Shown in pieces: positions 1 through 14,300 of a stretch of DNA of 64,000 nucleotides (the stretch's first letter is position 1; each line of letters opens with the position of its first letter). The stretch comes from Catajapyx aquilonaris. Lineage: Eukaryota. Location of the stretch: positions 1 to 64,000 of the forward strand of contig KZ538481.1 of assembly GCA_000934665.2 (NCBI GenBank). The letters run 5' to 3'. The notes beneath the pieces are model-generated. The model searched no databases and had not been told where the DNA came from. It worked only from the letters and a program-made list of their open reading frames with translations. The translations under genes and the position numbers were made by a program.

Positions 1-476
1 TCTTTCAAGTTCACGAAAAGTCACACGTCTGTCTTGCATGATGAGGTCGTTGATCCTCTTCACCTTAGCCGGCGTCCGAGCAGTACAGGGTCTGCCTCTA
101 CTCACGCCCTTAGTGATGCTGGCATGCCCTTCCTTAAAGGCAGCTACCCAGTTGAATACTGTCTTGCGACAGGGGGCCAGCTCACCACACACGCTCGCTA
201 AACGCCTGTGAATATCTGTCGCTGCCACTCCTTCCGTCCACAAAAACCATGTGGTCCACCTCTGCCCGTGGTAGTCTCCTGCAACGCTGTCCATGACGAG
301 AGCTACAGGCACTACTTTCGGTGGGCACTGCGACGAGGCAACTGACACGAATGGGGTCAAATTTTCTCTGGCGCCCTCAGGAAGACTCGTTCCATCTAGT
401 GGTGAATAATGGAACTTCTAGGACCACTTCTTCAGCGGGAAAAAGAAAGAGTGTAAATCATTTCCGAGCCAGGTAA
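1..476 (-). mobile_element. Mariner (Tc1/mariner) transposon, 5' end; transposase ORF starts at 294 and runs off the window edge
   Basis: Minus-strand translation from ATG 294 is open to base 1: MDSVAGDYHGQRWTTWFLWTEGVAATDIHRRLASVCGELAPCRKTVFNWVAAFKEGHASITKGVSRGRPCTARTPAKVKRINDLIMQDRRVTFRELER. This fits the mariner N-terminal HTH, GRP linker and DRRVT motif. A TIR-like end (TTACCTGGCTCGGAAATGATTTACAC) abuts TA at 477-478. Confidence 0.85.
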
Positions 477-1980
477 TATTATTTAGTAACGATTGCTCGA
501 AATATTGCTAATTTTTTAACCATTTACACTCTGTTCGGTAATAGTAGTAATAAGCATTGCAATGTGTTTCCTGTACAGGTCAGTTTCAAGAATGAGCATA
601 TGTCGAATTTCACTGCCATTTTATTTATTTAGAAATCGATTCAAACCAAGTTAATGAGGACGTCACACACACAAATCTGATGACAAACATTTCTCTCAAA
701 ATACTGTATGTCCAACTCGACAAGAAATATGTGGTAATGAACTCTTTGGATATTTTTACGAACTTCTTCACTACTTTGTACAAAAAAGAAGAAATGGATA
801 AGTAGGCCTACAATGCGAGAAGAAAAAAATGGTCGATAGAAGATCTTGAAACCACACTTTTCACAATTATTATTTAAAAATGTGCTCCATTGCAATTTAT
901 TCTACAGACAGCCAGAGTCAGCCTCTCAAGAGGTTTCGGATAAGCAGTCCACAGTATTGTTATGCCAATACAAATGAAGGCGAATTCTTGTCTGTTTTAT
1001 GTATTTTCCACGTGATAATACCGTGAAATGAGAAATGACATTGCTCATAGCAGTGTTGTGTGTTGTGTCTAATGGAGAGAACTTTGAAGGCCAGTAAAGG
1101 AAATTCCAATGTATCTTCGTTTTGTACATTTTATTGTAACATTCGCCGAACTTTTCTGACGCACCATGTATACGTACTGTACGTAATTGTATATTTATAT
1201 AATAATTACAGCTAAACATGGATCGAGGGTACAATAGTGCAGCACAAAGACTGGTGCGGTGGAGACGCTATGTACGAAGGGAGAGGGAGGGCCCCAGCAG
1301 ACGGTCGGGATGGGGTGAGTACTCTAGAAAGACCTGGGAACTTGCCGGCAGGAGGACAGGCGGGTATGTGGCAAACATTTAAAAAATAAAATCAATACCT
1401 GTTCCATCTAGTAGTGGCATGAAGCATATTGGCAGAGAGGCCATGGCCTGGTGAAAACAAGTAATTCACTGAAAAAAGCATCAGAGTGTATGTTACCGGC
1501 AATATATGAAAACCAGGCATTATATAGAATGCCTTTAGGACAGTGGTTCCCAAACTGGGCTCTGCGGAAACATTGAGAATAACCGGACAATTTTTCAAAA
1601 AAAATAGTTCACTTCTTGTCCACCTGCCTTTGAATACAACAGCGCGTAAATATGTAGCTTATGGGACGAATTTTTCACCGCATATGTAAGTCCATGGAAC
1701 AACTGCATCATTGCATGCACAGTTGGCTCTATATGGCGCCGCGATTTTCACGAGCTTGTGGCATCGTGTTCTCGCTGCGGGGAGGAAGGGAGAGATGAGG
1801 AGGACGGAGACACAGTTACACGGGCTTCATTGCCATTTGCAACCATTTGTAACCCATATAATTTCAGCGGCGGATTTCCCATTAGGCACAGTAGGCACTG
1901 GCCTAGGGGCGGCCGCGAGTTGCAATAAATAATATTTCTCAAATACAATAATAGGAAATGAAGACGATATCACAAAGTCC

Positions 1981-2162
1981 CCCACGAGGTATCCCTGGAC
2001 CATCCCTAAAGTCCCGTTCTTGTCCCGGACGATAGGGACGTCCAGAGGACGTCACAGTCTTTCATCCCTACTACATACTGCGGACGTTCCCCACAGGGTA
2101 CCCCAGGACCATCCCGCAAGTCCCGTTCTCGTTCCGGACGATAGGGACTTCCAGAGGACGTC
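1981..2162. repeat. Two-copy direct repeat (~73-bp core, ~110-bp period), probably a transposon subterminal region
   Basis: cccac(g)aggta..ccc.ggaccatccc..aagtcccgttct.gt.ccggacgatagggac.tccagaggacgtc occurs at 1981-2053 and 2090-2162. Confidence 0.7.
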
Positions 2163-5100
2163 TACATCGGCGCCACATTGGCAGCTTCCCGAATCCAGAT
2201 GGCGCTGCCGTTTTACAAAGATGAATGTTTACCTTATTTCCACCATGTCCAAAAACCTTTGCCTAAATGCAGTGACGACATTAAACTCATGACCTAATCA
2301 AGTCAACATCACACAAACAAAACGGCGATGAGACTGCCAATGGGTCGACGCGAAGGTGGAAGGCATTTATCTATTACGCCTGTCACACACAGAATCAACA
2401 CAACCTGTTTCTCACATCTCCCATCGCTAACGTACACAGTTGCCATAGAAAAATGCTCAGCAAAGTCGACCAAGTTACTGCGCGTCAGTTCCATAGCACT
2501 GCTGCATGAAATGGACATCCCTTTCATGCCACAATACGAATAATGAGTATCAAAGGAGTTGGTCAAGTTCACAGGTCCATATTACCTGAAATATACTAAC
2601 TGTGTAGATTATTTACCTACAATGTAACTGTTACAGAAGGTCTCACACTATTTGACCAGCGTTTTACAACACACGAAATTAGTTAAGAAACGCATCCTAA
2701 TTGCATTTTGAGTTGCCTAGAAACATGAATCCTTACCGTCACAGTACGTATCTGGAGAACACAAACGCATATGCGTTTGATTGGGAAGGAGCCAAGCAAT
2801 GGTGGTTATCTGAAGATACATCCAATAGATGGGACAAGCAGAAATGAAGAAAAAAAGGAGATGAAACACTGATGTCTCTCTTTCTCTGTTGCACCAATGA
2901 CTGTCCTTAGAAAAATTCTAGAATCCATCAAGCATGCGACAATATTCATCAACTACGAGCAGCTAGGTTATGCATAATCTTTCAAATATGCATATACGAG
3001 GAGTGATCAAAAAGTAAGGTCTCCAATTACGCCCAATCACGTCGAGAGTAAGTATCTGCATGTGCATAGTGAATGACTTGTAATTGTCACATTACAATTT
3101 TGCAGCCATGCAAATCGCAACCGTCACACTACCTTACCTGGAAAAAACAACAACTATTTACTACTTTATGATTCCCTTTCAACACTCCTGACCATCATGA
3201 ATTTCAATAAGCACTGATGAACTAATTACTTAGTAGCGCCTGGTACTTGGCCCGTACAGCAAGTTCCTAAGTTATTGATTTAACAGCAACATCCTCACAT
3301 TCAATGCATGGAGATCAACAAATTTGTATGCATTGTATGCATTTATACACTATACGGAGATCGGGAGAAATGATTCTCAAACTCCAAAGAAAGAAATTGG
3401 CGAGGATACGATACAGGCAGCCCGGATGTCATGAGATATTCACTGCATAAGCATGACACAATTCATCGTAGTAAAAGTTGTAAGATATAGAGCAACATAC
3501 CTATCCCGTGACTAATGAAACTCGCCTGAAAATGTTTCATCCATATCTGTCCTCCATTGTTAGGAGGAATCTAGCGTTGCTGGATGTACTGTGAACGGTT
3601 TGGTTCTGGACTGAATGCCACATAACAGTACATACATAATTGCCAAGTGTTGCACTTAATTCATTATACTTATTAGAGCAGCTTCAAGCCACACATATGT
3701 CAGGATATGCACGGCACAACTGCCAATTCTACAAGAGAAAATAAGGATAATTGACAAGGGGTCTGATGATACAAAATTCCCATCCCAGCCTAATTTGCAT
3801 TCAACTTCGACAGAAAACATGGATATTTGGCGCAAAACACTACGCAAACTGAAAATTCAGCTCGACCGTCTGTTCTGGATGTGTGTAATGGACAGGTTCC
3901 TTCTTATCAACAGGTTTTAAATTTAAATTATTTAACAGAGAACATGGAGCAATAATAATTATCTGGTTAACGCTGCAGAAAATCGTCACTGGAATGGGTA
4001 ACGAAAATGCTGCCGAACCGACCTCGGAAGGTCGCCCAGGTCACAATGCACCTCGTTGGACATGGTGCGGACGAGGCTAAGACCAAAAGGTATTTTCAGA
4101 GTGACCTCATATGGCCCAGAAAGGCAAGAGTCAGATGAAGTTAGTTCAACCAAGGCACATAATAGAAATAATTTCCATAACGTCGACGAGGTCAGAACAG
4201 ACGTAAAAACCAGAAACTATATCTCAGTGCTCAGTTGTTCATAACAAGCAACGTATGCTCTATACGTACTGTATGTCGAAGGTCGCAGCCAAACTTGGCC
4301 CATTTGCGCCCATTTTGGTCATGACAAAGAGAATCAAAGATCTGAATGCTTTACAATGTTTACATGATAGATTTTAATGTTGTCGATTACTGTTGGCTCT
4401 CCCCAAAAGGGGTTGGAGGGTGCGAGAGGGAGCCGGGGAAAAGGGGGCCGAGGAGAGAGGGAAGAAGAGAACATGTGATTCAAGTGAATGGACGCATGTT
4501 TCCTGGTCTCTCCAGCACTAGTACTACATTAAGGACCCTGTTGAGGGAATAAAACCAAGGTCTGCCTAACCTGCCTGAGTTATTATTGCAAGTATCCAGC
4601 TAAACCCAAAGGTAAAGGAACAGGTGGCCACAAGAAACTGCAACCTACGACAATGAGGCATACAAAACACTCCGCTCCACGAACCAAATCCACGCAACTC
4701 CCTATCTAGCCATACACACGGAGAAGCGGCCGTGCGCTTGGCCACCGTTGAAGCCACCGGACATGCTGGACGGATTCACATGCTCCCGGACCCGACCGTC
4801 CTCGACCACGGGACGCATAGCGCAACTACAAAATGCACACACAAGAAGGCTTCTCCACTTCGTGTGAGTGCACCAAAGAATACATACGTACTGGAGTTCA
4901 CCTGCCGTCGACTAAGGTGTGAGAAGAAGCAAATCCAGCAGAACGTTGAAAAGTAGTATCGAGGGCGGACTCGGATATTTCCATTGCTGTCACCAAGCCT
5001 GAATCGTACAAAAAAAAAAAAAAAGAAATGGAGGAGGAAAAAGTCATCGCTGGCTACCCCTACATGGACTAATGTCGTAATGTAATAAATGAATCAACGA

Positions 5101-6448
5101 GTTGGCCTGAAGCACAAGAAGGAGACATTGTTTAAAACTTAAGGACAACACCACCAAGAATATGTAGGCTACAAAACATAACAGACCTCATGATGCTCTT
5201 AGGTAGCCGCTAATCTGTGTGCACGGAAATGGATACCATTTTGGATTACCACAGACTAAAGGAACAAAAACCATATCAAGAACTGAATTTTTATGGCGAC
5301 AACTTTCTAGTTCGTACCAAATATCAACCACTTGCAACGACGTCAGATTCATTATGCAGTCACATGTACAGTAAGTCAAGTTGAAGATGGAAAGCCTCAA
5401 AACCTGAGAATGAGTCCATACTAAGGCAGGCAAAATATTTTGTACGCTCCATCGCCGCAAGTACTTTCCAAATAACGGGTCTGAGATATATAAAAAAACA
5501 GCCAATTCCACTGTTGCGGGGTCTAACACAAATACGTGGCGCAACGATGTATTTTAATGCTATTGGGTATTAATTGCGCATTTGCGTATGTAGCTGGACC
5601 GCGGCTACATATAAATGTAAAAAGTTTCAATATTGTACCATTGAAAATTAAGTAATCATCATTGTTTGCTCATTTTACGACCAGTTTTTTCAAGTAGCCG
5701 TGGCTGTTTTTGATCTCACACCCCTCAAATACTTCAATTATTATAAGTGAAGAAGGAAGGCTATCTTCTTAATTCCTACATCAATGATTAATCGTAAAAT
5801 TATCCACTATGATATCGACGTGTTTATTGAAAACATAAAATTATGACTAGAACAACCCGAGCTAATTGGACAATCGAAGCCAGTGGTGACCTGCTCAAAC
5901 AAGTGGATGAAGTACAAGCCCTGTCAACTTGTAAATATACCAGATACATGCGATTGAACAAAAGGAACCATTTTATTCAGCAGTAGAATTTGAAGCAGAC
6001 AACCCATTACTTTACAACAATGCAAGCCGAAAATATATTTTTGCCCTCCGATTCTCAGCAGATGCCACTTTTGGAGAGGGAAATACAGGGTGATCCGTTT
6101 GGGTAGGGATAATTTAAATTATGTACAGTATCACAAGCTGAAATTCTTCCAGTTTGGCGAGGTAAGATGGGAGATTCATGCACTGTACTCACTTGTCAGT
6201 ACACATGAATTGGCCTTGCATCGTGACCAAAGAGACTGGATGTGGCGTTACCAAGCTGTACGGAAATTTTTTCTTATCTGAGGACACAGTACGAGCAGGA
6301 CCATATTTTGGCATTCTAAGATCTTCTTGGTACAGCAATTGCACAACAATGTCATTTTACAGCAAGACTCCCCCCNNNNNNNNNNNCCCCCCCCCACTGG
6401 TCACTGGAAGTCAGGAAGGTCAACAACACTTTCTATGACTATTGGTGT

Positions 6449-6670
6449 ATGGCCGTGGTGGCCCTAAAGGCTAAGATCCTTGGGCTGAAAAGCGATAGCA
6501 GCCTGTTTAGCAGACTGTACAGTGCATGCCATATCAGGGATGGAGATCTCGACGATTTCATCGCCCACGAAAATCAACCACCTCCTCCTACGCTAACCGA
6601 TGAATTGGGAGAAATACTCTCGACCACAAAACAGGATTTACGACGAGCGAGCACCTCCCTCGAGACGTGA
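6449..6670 (+). pseudogene. Fragment of a transposon-associated invertebrate protein family
   Basis: The peptide LKSDSSLFSRLYSACHIRDGDLDDFIAHENQPPPPTLTD..GEI.STTKQDL matches a motif I recall from widespread multicopy TE-like hypothetical proteins. It is isolated, truncated and close to an assembly gap. Confidence 0.5.
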
Positions 6671-9600
6671 CAGAGAACTCAGTAATCTACTGCCATTCCA
6701 GAGGTAAGCAGGTGACCAGCTTAAACCTGCCATTGCATGCACGTCTTTCCTCCATTGTTGGGCTGAATGTAGCGTTGCTGCGCATGGCTGGGATACGGTA
6801 ATTTGGGGTTGGTTCTTCTTGTTACGGGTCCGGAATATCCTGCTAATAAGTGAAGCACACAGCAACCGCCATTATTTTTCAAAGATCTGCGAAAAACATA
6901 TATCATTTGAAAATACAACATCGTGCACCCAATGCACGTCACATCGTATGGAACATAATTATAAGCAATACTGGAACATTTTCAATCCACCAACTCTCTT
7001 CAAACACACAAAGATTAACTCTAAAATAATATCAGAGGAACTGGGCTCCGATATACAAGAGAGTGAAGATAGTGGATTTGACAGAAATTATTAACTGATA
7101 CAAGAATTTCCTTGAGAGGACCTAAGTACACCACAGGTAGCTCCTTGGCTTGTCGCACATGCAAATACCAAATACATAAAAATACGCCAAGGGTATAATA
7201 TCACATGAACAAGTAGCTAGACATCATTGATACAACTACAACAGCATGTTGTATCCATGTTGCATATCACATTTAAAAAGCCAAAGTAAAGGCAGAAGAG
7301 AGAAAGAAACGTTTGAAGAAACGAGTCTAAGAATCAAATAGCGTGACAGAAGTTCCTGAAAAATTTCGCCACACATTTCAACAAAATAGGGCGACAATAA
7401 TTGCCATCCTGATGAGTTGCTGTAATAATAATTACAGTAGATGCCAGAATTCATCGTAAGATATTTTCACCTTTAAAAACTGGTCGATTAGAAAATTGAT
7501 AATTTCTTTATAACATTCAGATTCAATTACATTGTTACAGACGCACGAGCACAACATGAACTATCCTAAAACCTTCCGATGAAGATGCATGTAGCGATCT
7601 ATAAACTCAGTTAATGTGTGGAAATAGATATACGCTACCTTACAACAGACATTGTGAGTGACACCTCACAAAATAATATTCTCTGCAGGTGAACCTGAGG
7701 AATCTGTGGCCTCCAGGCAAGGCAGTCATGGAGTGAGCAACACTGTGTCAGAGCTAAGGCGACTCGACCATAAAGGCCCCGCCCCGGCGAACAACACTCC
7801 TGAAAACTTCAGGGACAGAGGCATTGAAAAAATAACGTCATACGAGTAAGTGCGGTCGCCCAGAAATTCAAAGTTTTTGCCCTTGTTCAATGGACCACAA
7901 TTACTTTTTTGACCTAATTACGTTCATTTGCACGAAACAAGCACACTGCATACGTAGAATACGTAGGAGAGTGATACATTTCTCAATTTTAAATTTTAAT
8001 TCTCACGTATGTTGAATATCCAGACAAAATCCACCTTTCTGTGTTGGATGGATGAAAATAGGTAGGAAGGCAGTATATCAATAGTTCACTATATTGTTGT
8101 AATTCCACCTCACTGATCTATGTCACACATTAACTGAACTGCTAAGAAAAATAATCTATAATTCTGCAGACATATTCTAAAATCACTTGTAATCAACACA
8201 GTTGCCCAACGAGCCACATTTGTTTCAATAACACGTCAGCGTGTTACCCTTAATTGATGGCTCATTTGTGTGTTACATATATGCCAAATATCCCAGCATA
8301 TCTCACACAGGGACAGCGATACCTGCGCATGGCCGAAAGCAACTAAAAACGAGTTTTACGACATCGCGGCATACGCCAAAAATGTAGCGGATGATGTGTG
8401 GGACAGCGATGTGTATGGATCGCGTTCCATACACATCTCCGAAATTGACCAAAGACCAATGACTTGTTCTAATTAACTCGGACAACATTTCAAAGAGATA
8501 ATGCTATTGAAATAATCCGTATTGAAACACCTAGATATCAATTCATTCTAGGCAATATGGAAGGCCCAGTTTTATAGACAAATCGTCACAAAACAGGACA
8601 CAATTCCCGTGATAATTGGGCAAAAGGAAACTTTTACGGCGGATAGGCTACAAGACCTGGATTTCACAACACGACAAAGTTGGCGAAAGCCCAGACCTCG
8701 TCGGGTTGTACCCAGTAGTCACAACCTCTCGTATGTGTGGAACACAACCAGACACATTATTCCGTCCCAGCACTACTATACAGATCAAAAATTGACGGGA
8801 AAGTGTAGAAATATATACATCACCACGGAGATCCAGCAGAGCCAATGTTGCAAGGCATTGTTGACATCGAATACGGTCCCTCTAATAGCAACTTGTTTAT
8901 GTTCTACAGTATATCAGTAGGGTTTAGGATCCATAAGAGAACGTTATCAATGGGTTTGTTTTTGCTCCAATATATTTAATAAGGAGAGTCGCCCGGACAT
9001 TCACTTCAAGACATGCAGTACGTCTAAACGGACCTACGCTGACAAAAGTGAAGCATGTCAGCAACACAATGGATGGAAACAATGGCACCAGCGGGAGAGA
9101 CAAGCAAAGAGTTCTGCTATATTATATATATTATTATTATATTATATAATAGCAGAACTATTTGGAGACAGCCCAGGTACCAGACAGGAACCATGTACCA
9201 GACAGGGACGTCACGCAGCGACGAACCGTGTCTTTAGCGAACGTAGCTTTGGTGCCAAATGCGTAACCAACTAGAAAAATTGGTAGAATTTGTCAGTTAT
9301 TACTAGTAGCCGTGATAAGAGCACTGGGAACATTCAAAGTCACCACAAATCGAAGCAAGCCAAGCATCTATTAGTGGATAATCCTAATTCGTGTCATATT
9401 TTCGGATCACGAAACAGATAAGAGTCTAGGTCAACAAGCACACATCAGAGAATGACGCAGATCTCTGTGAAGGGAAATCTTAATTCGATATAAATGTCGG
9501 AAGAGACTTCGATTTGATAAAAAGGTTTCATAAGTACCCGTATTCTGTGGGAAAGTCCGCTGTTATCCGTGTGTTGAGAATACCCTGTGGAGGAATATAA

Positions 9601-9726
9601 TATTTACCATTAAAGCAATATGGCAACTCTGACCATTGCATATGAACGAGGAATCGGAGGTTGGAAGGAGTGGATAAGCGATACAAACTCGGTCATACAC
9701 AGACTAAACTAATTTACCCAACTGAT

Positions 9727-10080
9727 GAATTGAATTGAATTGAATTGATTGAAGGTTTAATGGCGCAACAGCAGCAATGGCTATACTGCGCCAAGCACCT
9801 GTGACGTTGGAGGATGGACGTTGGAGGATCATAACTGATGTGTGTATAATAGAAGCATCACGGACCAGTGATGACATTGGATCCAGAGAAAGGAAGGCCC
9901 TGTTTATTCATCTATACTTGGATTTGAAAACGTACAGATGCGTCCTGTTAATATACACGTAAAATACAATATATTGTGCAGGACACTTGCAGCAAAGTTC
10001 TTCTAAATAGCTTCAGAACGACTGACAATTACATTGGAAAACCTGGTTACCGAATTGAATATTTATAGAAGCGAGGAAGG
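9727..10080 (-). mobile_element. Probable 3' end of a non-LTR retrotransposon
   Basis: A (GAATT)n tail is followed by a short stem-loop, ggtttaatggcgcaacagcagcaatggctatactgcgcca, typical of LINE 3' termini. Coding remnants are too decayed to read. Confidence 0.35.
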
Positions 10081-10779
10081 GGGCAAGCTCACCCTCTAGT
10101 GAATATGTTCATAAGTCTCTAAATGTCACGCCTGTTATCAAGTGCATCCAACAACCAGCCAGTTTCGATGTGCTCTACAGCATGCGAGATCAATGAATGT
10201 ACGGAATTAGCCCCACTCTCCGTATCCACAATGTACGGCAGCTCCCGCTCAAACTACCAGTTACACATAGGAAGTGCCACCTTATGTCCACTAACGCCAG
10301 TAATAATATTCATGTAAACTACTTGTGTCGTCATACTACGGTAATACTTTTGTACATATTCTGTATCCAGCTCCAGCCTTGTCGTAGACAGCTACATACG
10401 TCGTCGTCGACCGGTACCGACAATAGTGCAAATTGAAAGTAACTGGTCCAAACTAGGAAGAAGCGTTGCCGACTGGAAGCCCCAATGTAACACCAGCACA
10501 TAACATATAGTAACTGACACATACACAGTGGAAATATCCACATCCCAACAATCCGACCAATTCATAGTGTTAGTTATTGACGGTAATATCGTTTTTCAAA
10601 AATGACACACACCTGCATGCGTTCAACTATATGCAAATTAGACACTACAATGTTAGTTAAAATAATCATAATCTTAATTTGTGACATATGGGGGATTTCC
10701 GGAATTTATCACAAAAACTACCTTATTTTCGTGGAAATAATAATGTACGTATATAAGCTCTTATGCATAGATTCATCGA

Positions 10780-11157
10780 TCACACCAATTTCCTGATCAT
10801 TTGAGAGGGGGGGGGAAAAGGCCTCTTATCGGATGCACGTGGGTTATTGCAGTGCACCGTCATGTAGATTGTAGAGGAACTGGACAACGACTGATAAAAC
10901 CTTTCAGCTTTAGCAAGATTCTGTTCCTTTTCCTGCATGAGCTTGGAATTTTCAGTTTCATCGGCACATTCTGCAATCATGTACACAAAATAGTCGCATG
11001 TGTCGCTTCGAGGCGTGCCAAACTTTAAATTGTAATTCTGCATGCAAATATTCCTGTAAACTTTCTAAATCACATGAAGTTCTGGGTTATTTTCGTCATA
11101 ATTATAACATTTTGTGCATGAGGCTGACGGAAAGCTTCTCAGGAAGGTAATAAGTAT
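10780..11157 (-). pseudogene. Decayed DNA-transposase fragment
   Basis: Minus-strand pieces YYLPEKLSVSLMHKML* and NYNLKFGTPRSDTCD...EKEQNLAKAERFY resemble the recalled YLPxxL.xxxMY / FxxPxxDxC motifs of invertebrate transposases. The region has stops and frameshifts and ends at the MITE at 11159. Confidence 0.5.
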
Positions 11158-11158
11158 A

Positions 11159-11374
11159 CAGGGTGTCTCAACTTTTTTGTCCGAACAGTTATCGGAAATA
11201 TTGCACTATTAGCTTCTACTTTGTAAGCAGTGACTTGCAGCTGGTTTGTCGGAGGAATGGGGAATACTCCCTGCGAATCTTAGGTTGAAGTGGCATAGTC
11301 ACTGCTTACAAAGTAGCAGCTTATAGTGCATTATTTCTGATAACTGTTCGGATAAAAAAAGTTTAGACACCCTG
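11159..11374. mobile_element. Tc1/mariner-type MITE (near-perfect hairpin)
   Basis: TA|CAGGGTGTCTCAACTTTTTTGTCCGAACAGTTATC ... GATAACTGTTCGGATAAAAAAAGTTTAGACACCCTG|TA, with ~75-bp inverted arms and a TA TSD. Confidence 0.9.
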
Positions 11375-14300
11375 TATATGTGAATTTTTCCTGCATGCGT
11401 AGCGAGACTCTAGCCTTAAGGCCAACGCCACCAACCCCACTCAGTCGGGCTATCCGTGTCTGCTACAGTGATGGTGGGCCGAAGAGGGAGAATTCGTAGG
11501 ATACTCATTTTGGTCGGGCTCGGAGTGGTGGCTGTGGCTGCCACTTGCTACGCCACCGCCACCGCCCGCTCCCCCCCCCCTCCTCCTCCTCCTCCCCTAT
11601 CTTGTATAATAAATTGTAGTAGAATTGTAAGTTGTTATTATTTTTGGTGATTTTTCTCTGATGGGTTATCATACGCACGTTGAAGAGATGAAAAGCAAGG
11701 GACGCAAACTTAAGAGTCTTGTCCAAAGGAGCGGCTTGACTATACCTATTAGCCAGCTAATCCAACAATTAAAACGGTCAAAACAGGCACACATATTAAC
11801 GTCAAAACACAGGAAGGAGTCCAGCATGCTGTAGAAAAGGTTCTTCACTGTTCTTCATGCAAAAGATGCGACTTTTGACCTCCAGTCAGAAGTTCCATGG
11901 CAGAAACCAAGTTCCTACAGAGAATTTTAAAGACTCGCCATACAACTTGGCAATAAGTCGACCACGTGACTGTCAAGCTACTGCATTTCAGTTCCAAAGC
12001 ACTACTATATTAAATGGGTATCCCCTCCTTGCTACAAGAGGAATGAGGAGAAAAAGAGCCAGTCAATTAAAAGGAGTTGGTCCAGTTCACAAGTCCATAT
12101 TACCTGAAATATACTAAATGTGCAGCATATTACTAGAATGCAACTGTTACGAATGGTTTCACACTATTAACTTCAGTGTTTTACAACACATGAAATTAGC
12201 TAGGAAATACATCCCCATTGCATTTTTACGTTACCCAAAAACATTTACCTTTAATAGCGTCATAGAAGGCAACTAATAACAGATCTCAACATCCGCGCAG
12301 AAGGTGCAAGTCCATCATGGACACATGCTAAAATGTTAAGGAGATAAACGCGACATGGACAAACTTAACACTTGACTTAACAGGAGACAGTTGTTGCAGG
12401 GGCAGGGAGGGAGGGAGGGAGAAAAAATACTCTCTCTCCACAAGGCTTATCGTTTTGTCTCTCCTAAAATTAGTCTCAATCATGTCGAGTGTAAGTATCT
12501 GTACGTACAGTACAGAGTGAATGACTTATGATTATTACATTACAATTTTTCAGCCATACAAATCGCCGTCACACTACCCACCCTGGAAAAGGAAACTATT
12601 TACCACTTCAGTAACACAGCGTCAACAAAACCTCGTATCGCTACGGCTTATGAACGTGTGGTTGACACCTATTATGTGCGAGAGTACAGAGCTATTTAGC
12701 TACTGGTGTGACATGACGACAGTCATACCAAAACAGAAAGGAGCAGCCTGAAATAGGGAACCTTCTGCTAATGGATAATAGTCCTGAGAGGTTCGTAAGT
12801 CGTGAGTGCCTGTACTTGAAGCCTTAACCCCCAAATATGCTTGTAACCGACCCCAGCAGAATGAACACACACATGTGTGTGTTCATTCTTACATATTGGT
12901 AATGAGTAAAAAGTATATCAATAATCCAATATGAAAAAGCGGTTTTTGCATGTTGCTCTAGTCAGTATTTGCGCTAGATGCTTGGTGAACTTGCAGTCCC
13001 CTGCAAATAGTAGCACTAGATTTTTTTTTAAAAAAAATCATGGCTTCAGTGTTGGTTTTTACAGAGTGCAGGAAAGTTTATGAACTCACAAAAAGTGAAT
13101 GAAAGAAGTGCAATGCCATTCAGAGGCAATTAATACAATATTTACCACATATTTATGATCTTACGTGCACACATTTAAGCCATCAGACATCTTTTTTACT
13201 CCAATAACATCCAGAAAATCAACTTCAATTACTTCATATATTCAGATAACTCGTCGATAGACTGTACATTCATGTTCTAACCCAGTCTATGGTGTTAACC
13301 AGAGAGTAGCAAAAATACACCGGATCACAACCCACCTATGCATCGCACATAACATTTTATACCCAAGCCGTTTTTACACTCGTCATTCACGTATCATAAA
13401 CGGCAACTTTTACATTTTACTGCTGCTTACAAGTATGTTAGATTATTATTATTATTACCTTGGACGCCGCGTAACATGACACAGGCCAACTTGCAACTAC
13501 AAGCAGAGCATTCTAAATAGTAATTTATTGTTAGAAAGAGAGAGAGAGAGAAACTGGAATGCACGGAGCTCAACAAATTGTAGCTATACATATGTATATA
13601 CACTATAAGGAGATCTGGAAAATTGATTCTCAAACTATTAAGAGGAATGGTTCAGGTGAAGCATGAATCAGAATCATGTTGCAGAATGCCATAGTTTTAG
13701 CAGTTTGTCTCATAATATATGACTTGCCCCATCGTATGAAATGGGCGAGGATTACACACAGGCAGCCCGGACGTCCGGAGATATTCACTGCATAAGCATG
13801 ACACAATTTATGCGGATAAAAATAAGATCTAGAGCAGCACACCTATCCCGTGACTAATGAAACCAGTGTGAAAATGTTGCATGCACATCTTGCCTGCAGT
13901 GTTGGGAGGTATCTAGCATTGCTGGATGTACAGTGAATGGCAATATGGAATACCCGGTTTTACAGATAAATCGTCACAAAATAGAACACAATTCCTATGC
14001 TAATTACAGAGAAGGAATCTTTTATGACGTAGACGTTGTGGTAGTAGCTGAACACTATTCCACAACACGACAAAGTCTAAATAGTACATACGTAATTTAC
14101 CCAAGTGACGAAACGAAGAGTTGAAGAAGCAGCAATACAAATCCTCCATTTTCATCGTTTGTTTCGTAGGTTCAAGGTGGGCATCTGAAGCAAGCTATGC
14201 AGGCTCCAGGCAAGGAAAGTCCTGGTGCATGTACGTAGTGTACATGACGGTTGACAACGTACTGCTAATACCCTCTTATACAGAGAAACATCATGTTACA

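Noticed and set aside
4378..4590. Possible solo LTR (TG...CA, purine tract, AATAAA)
   Set aside because: No convincing TSD, PBS or second copy in the window.
5188..5544. 118-aa minus-strand ORF
   Set aside because: Non-ATG start, no recognisable motif and no exon context.
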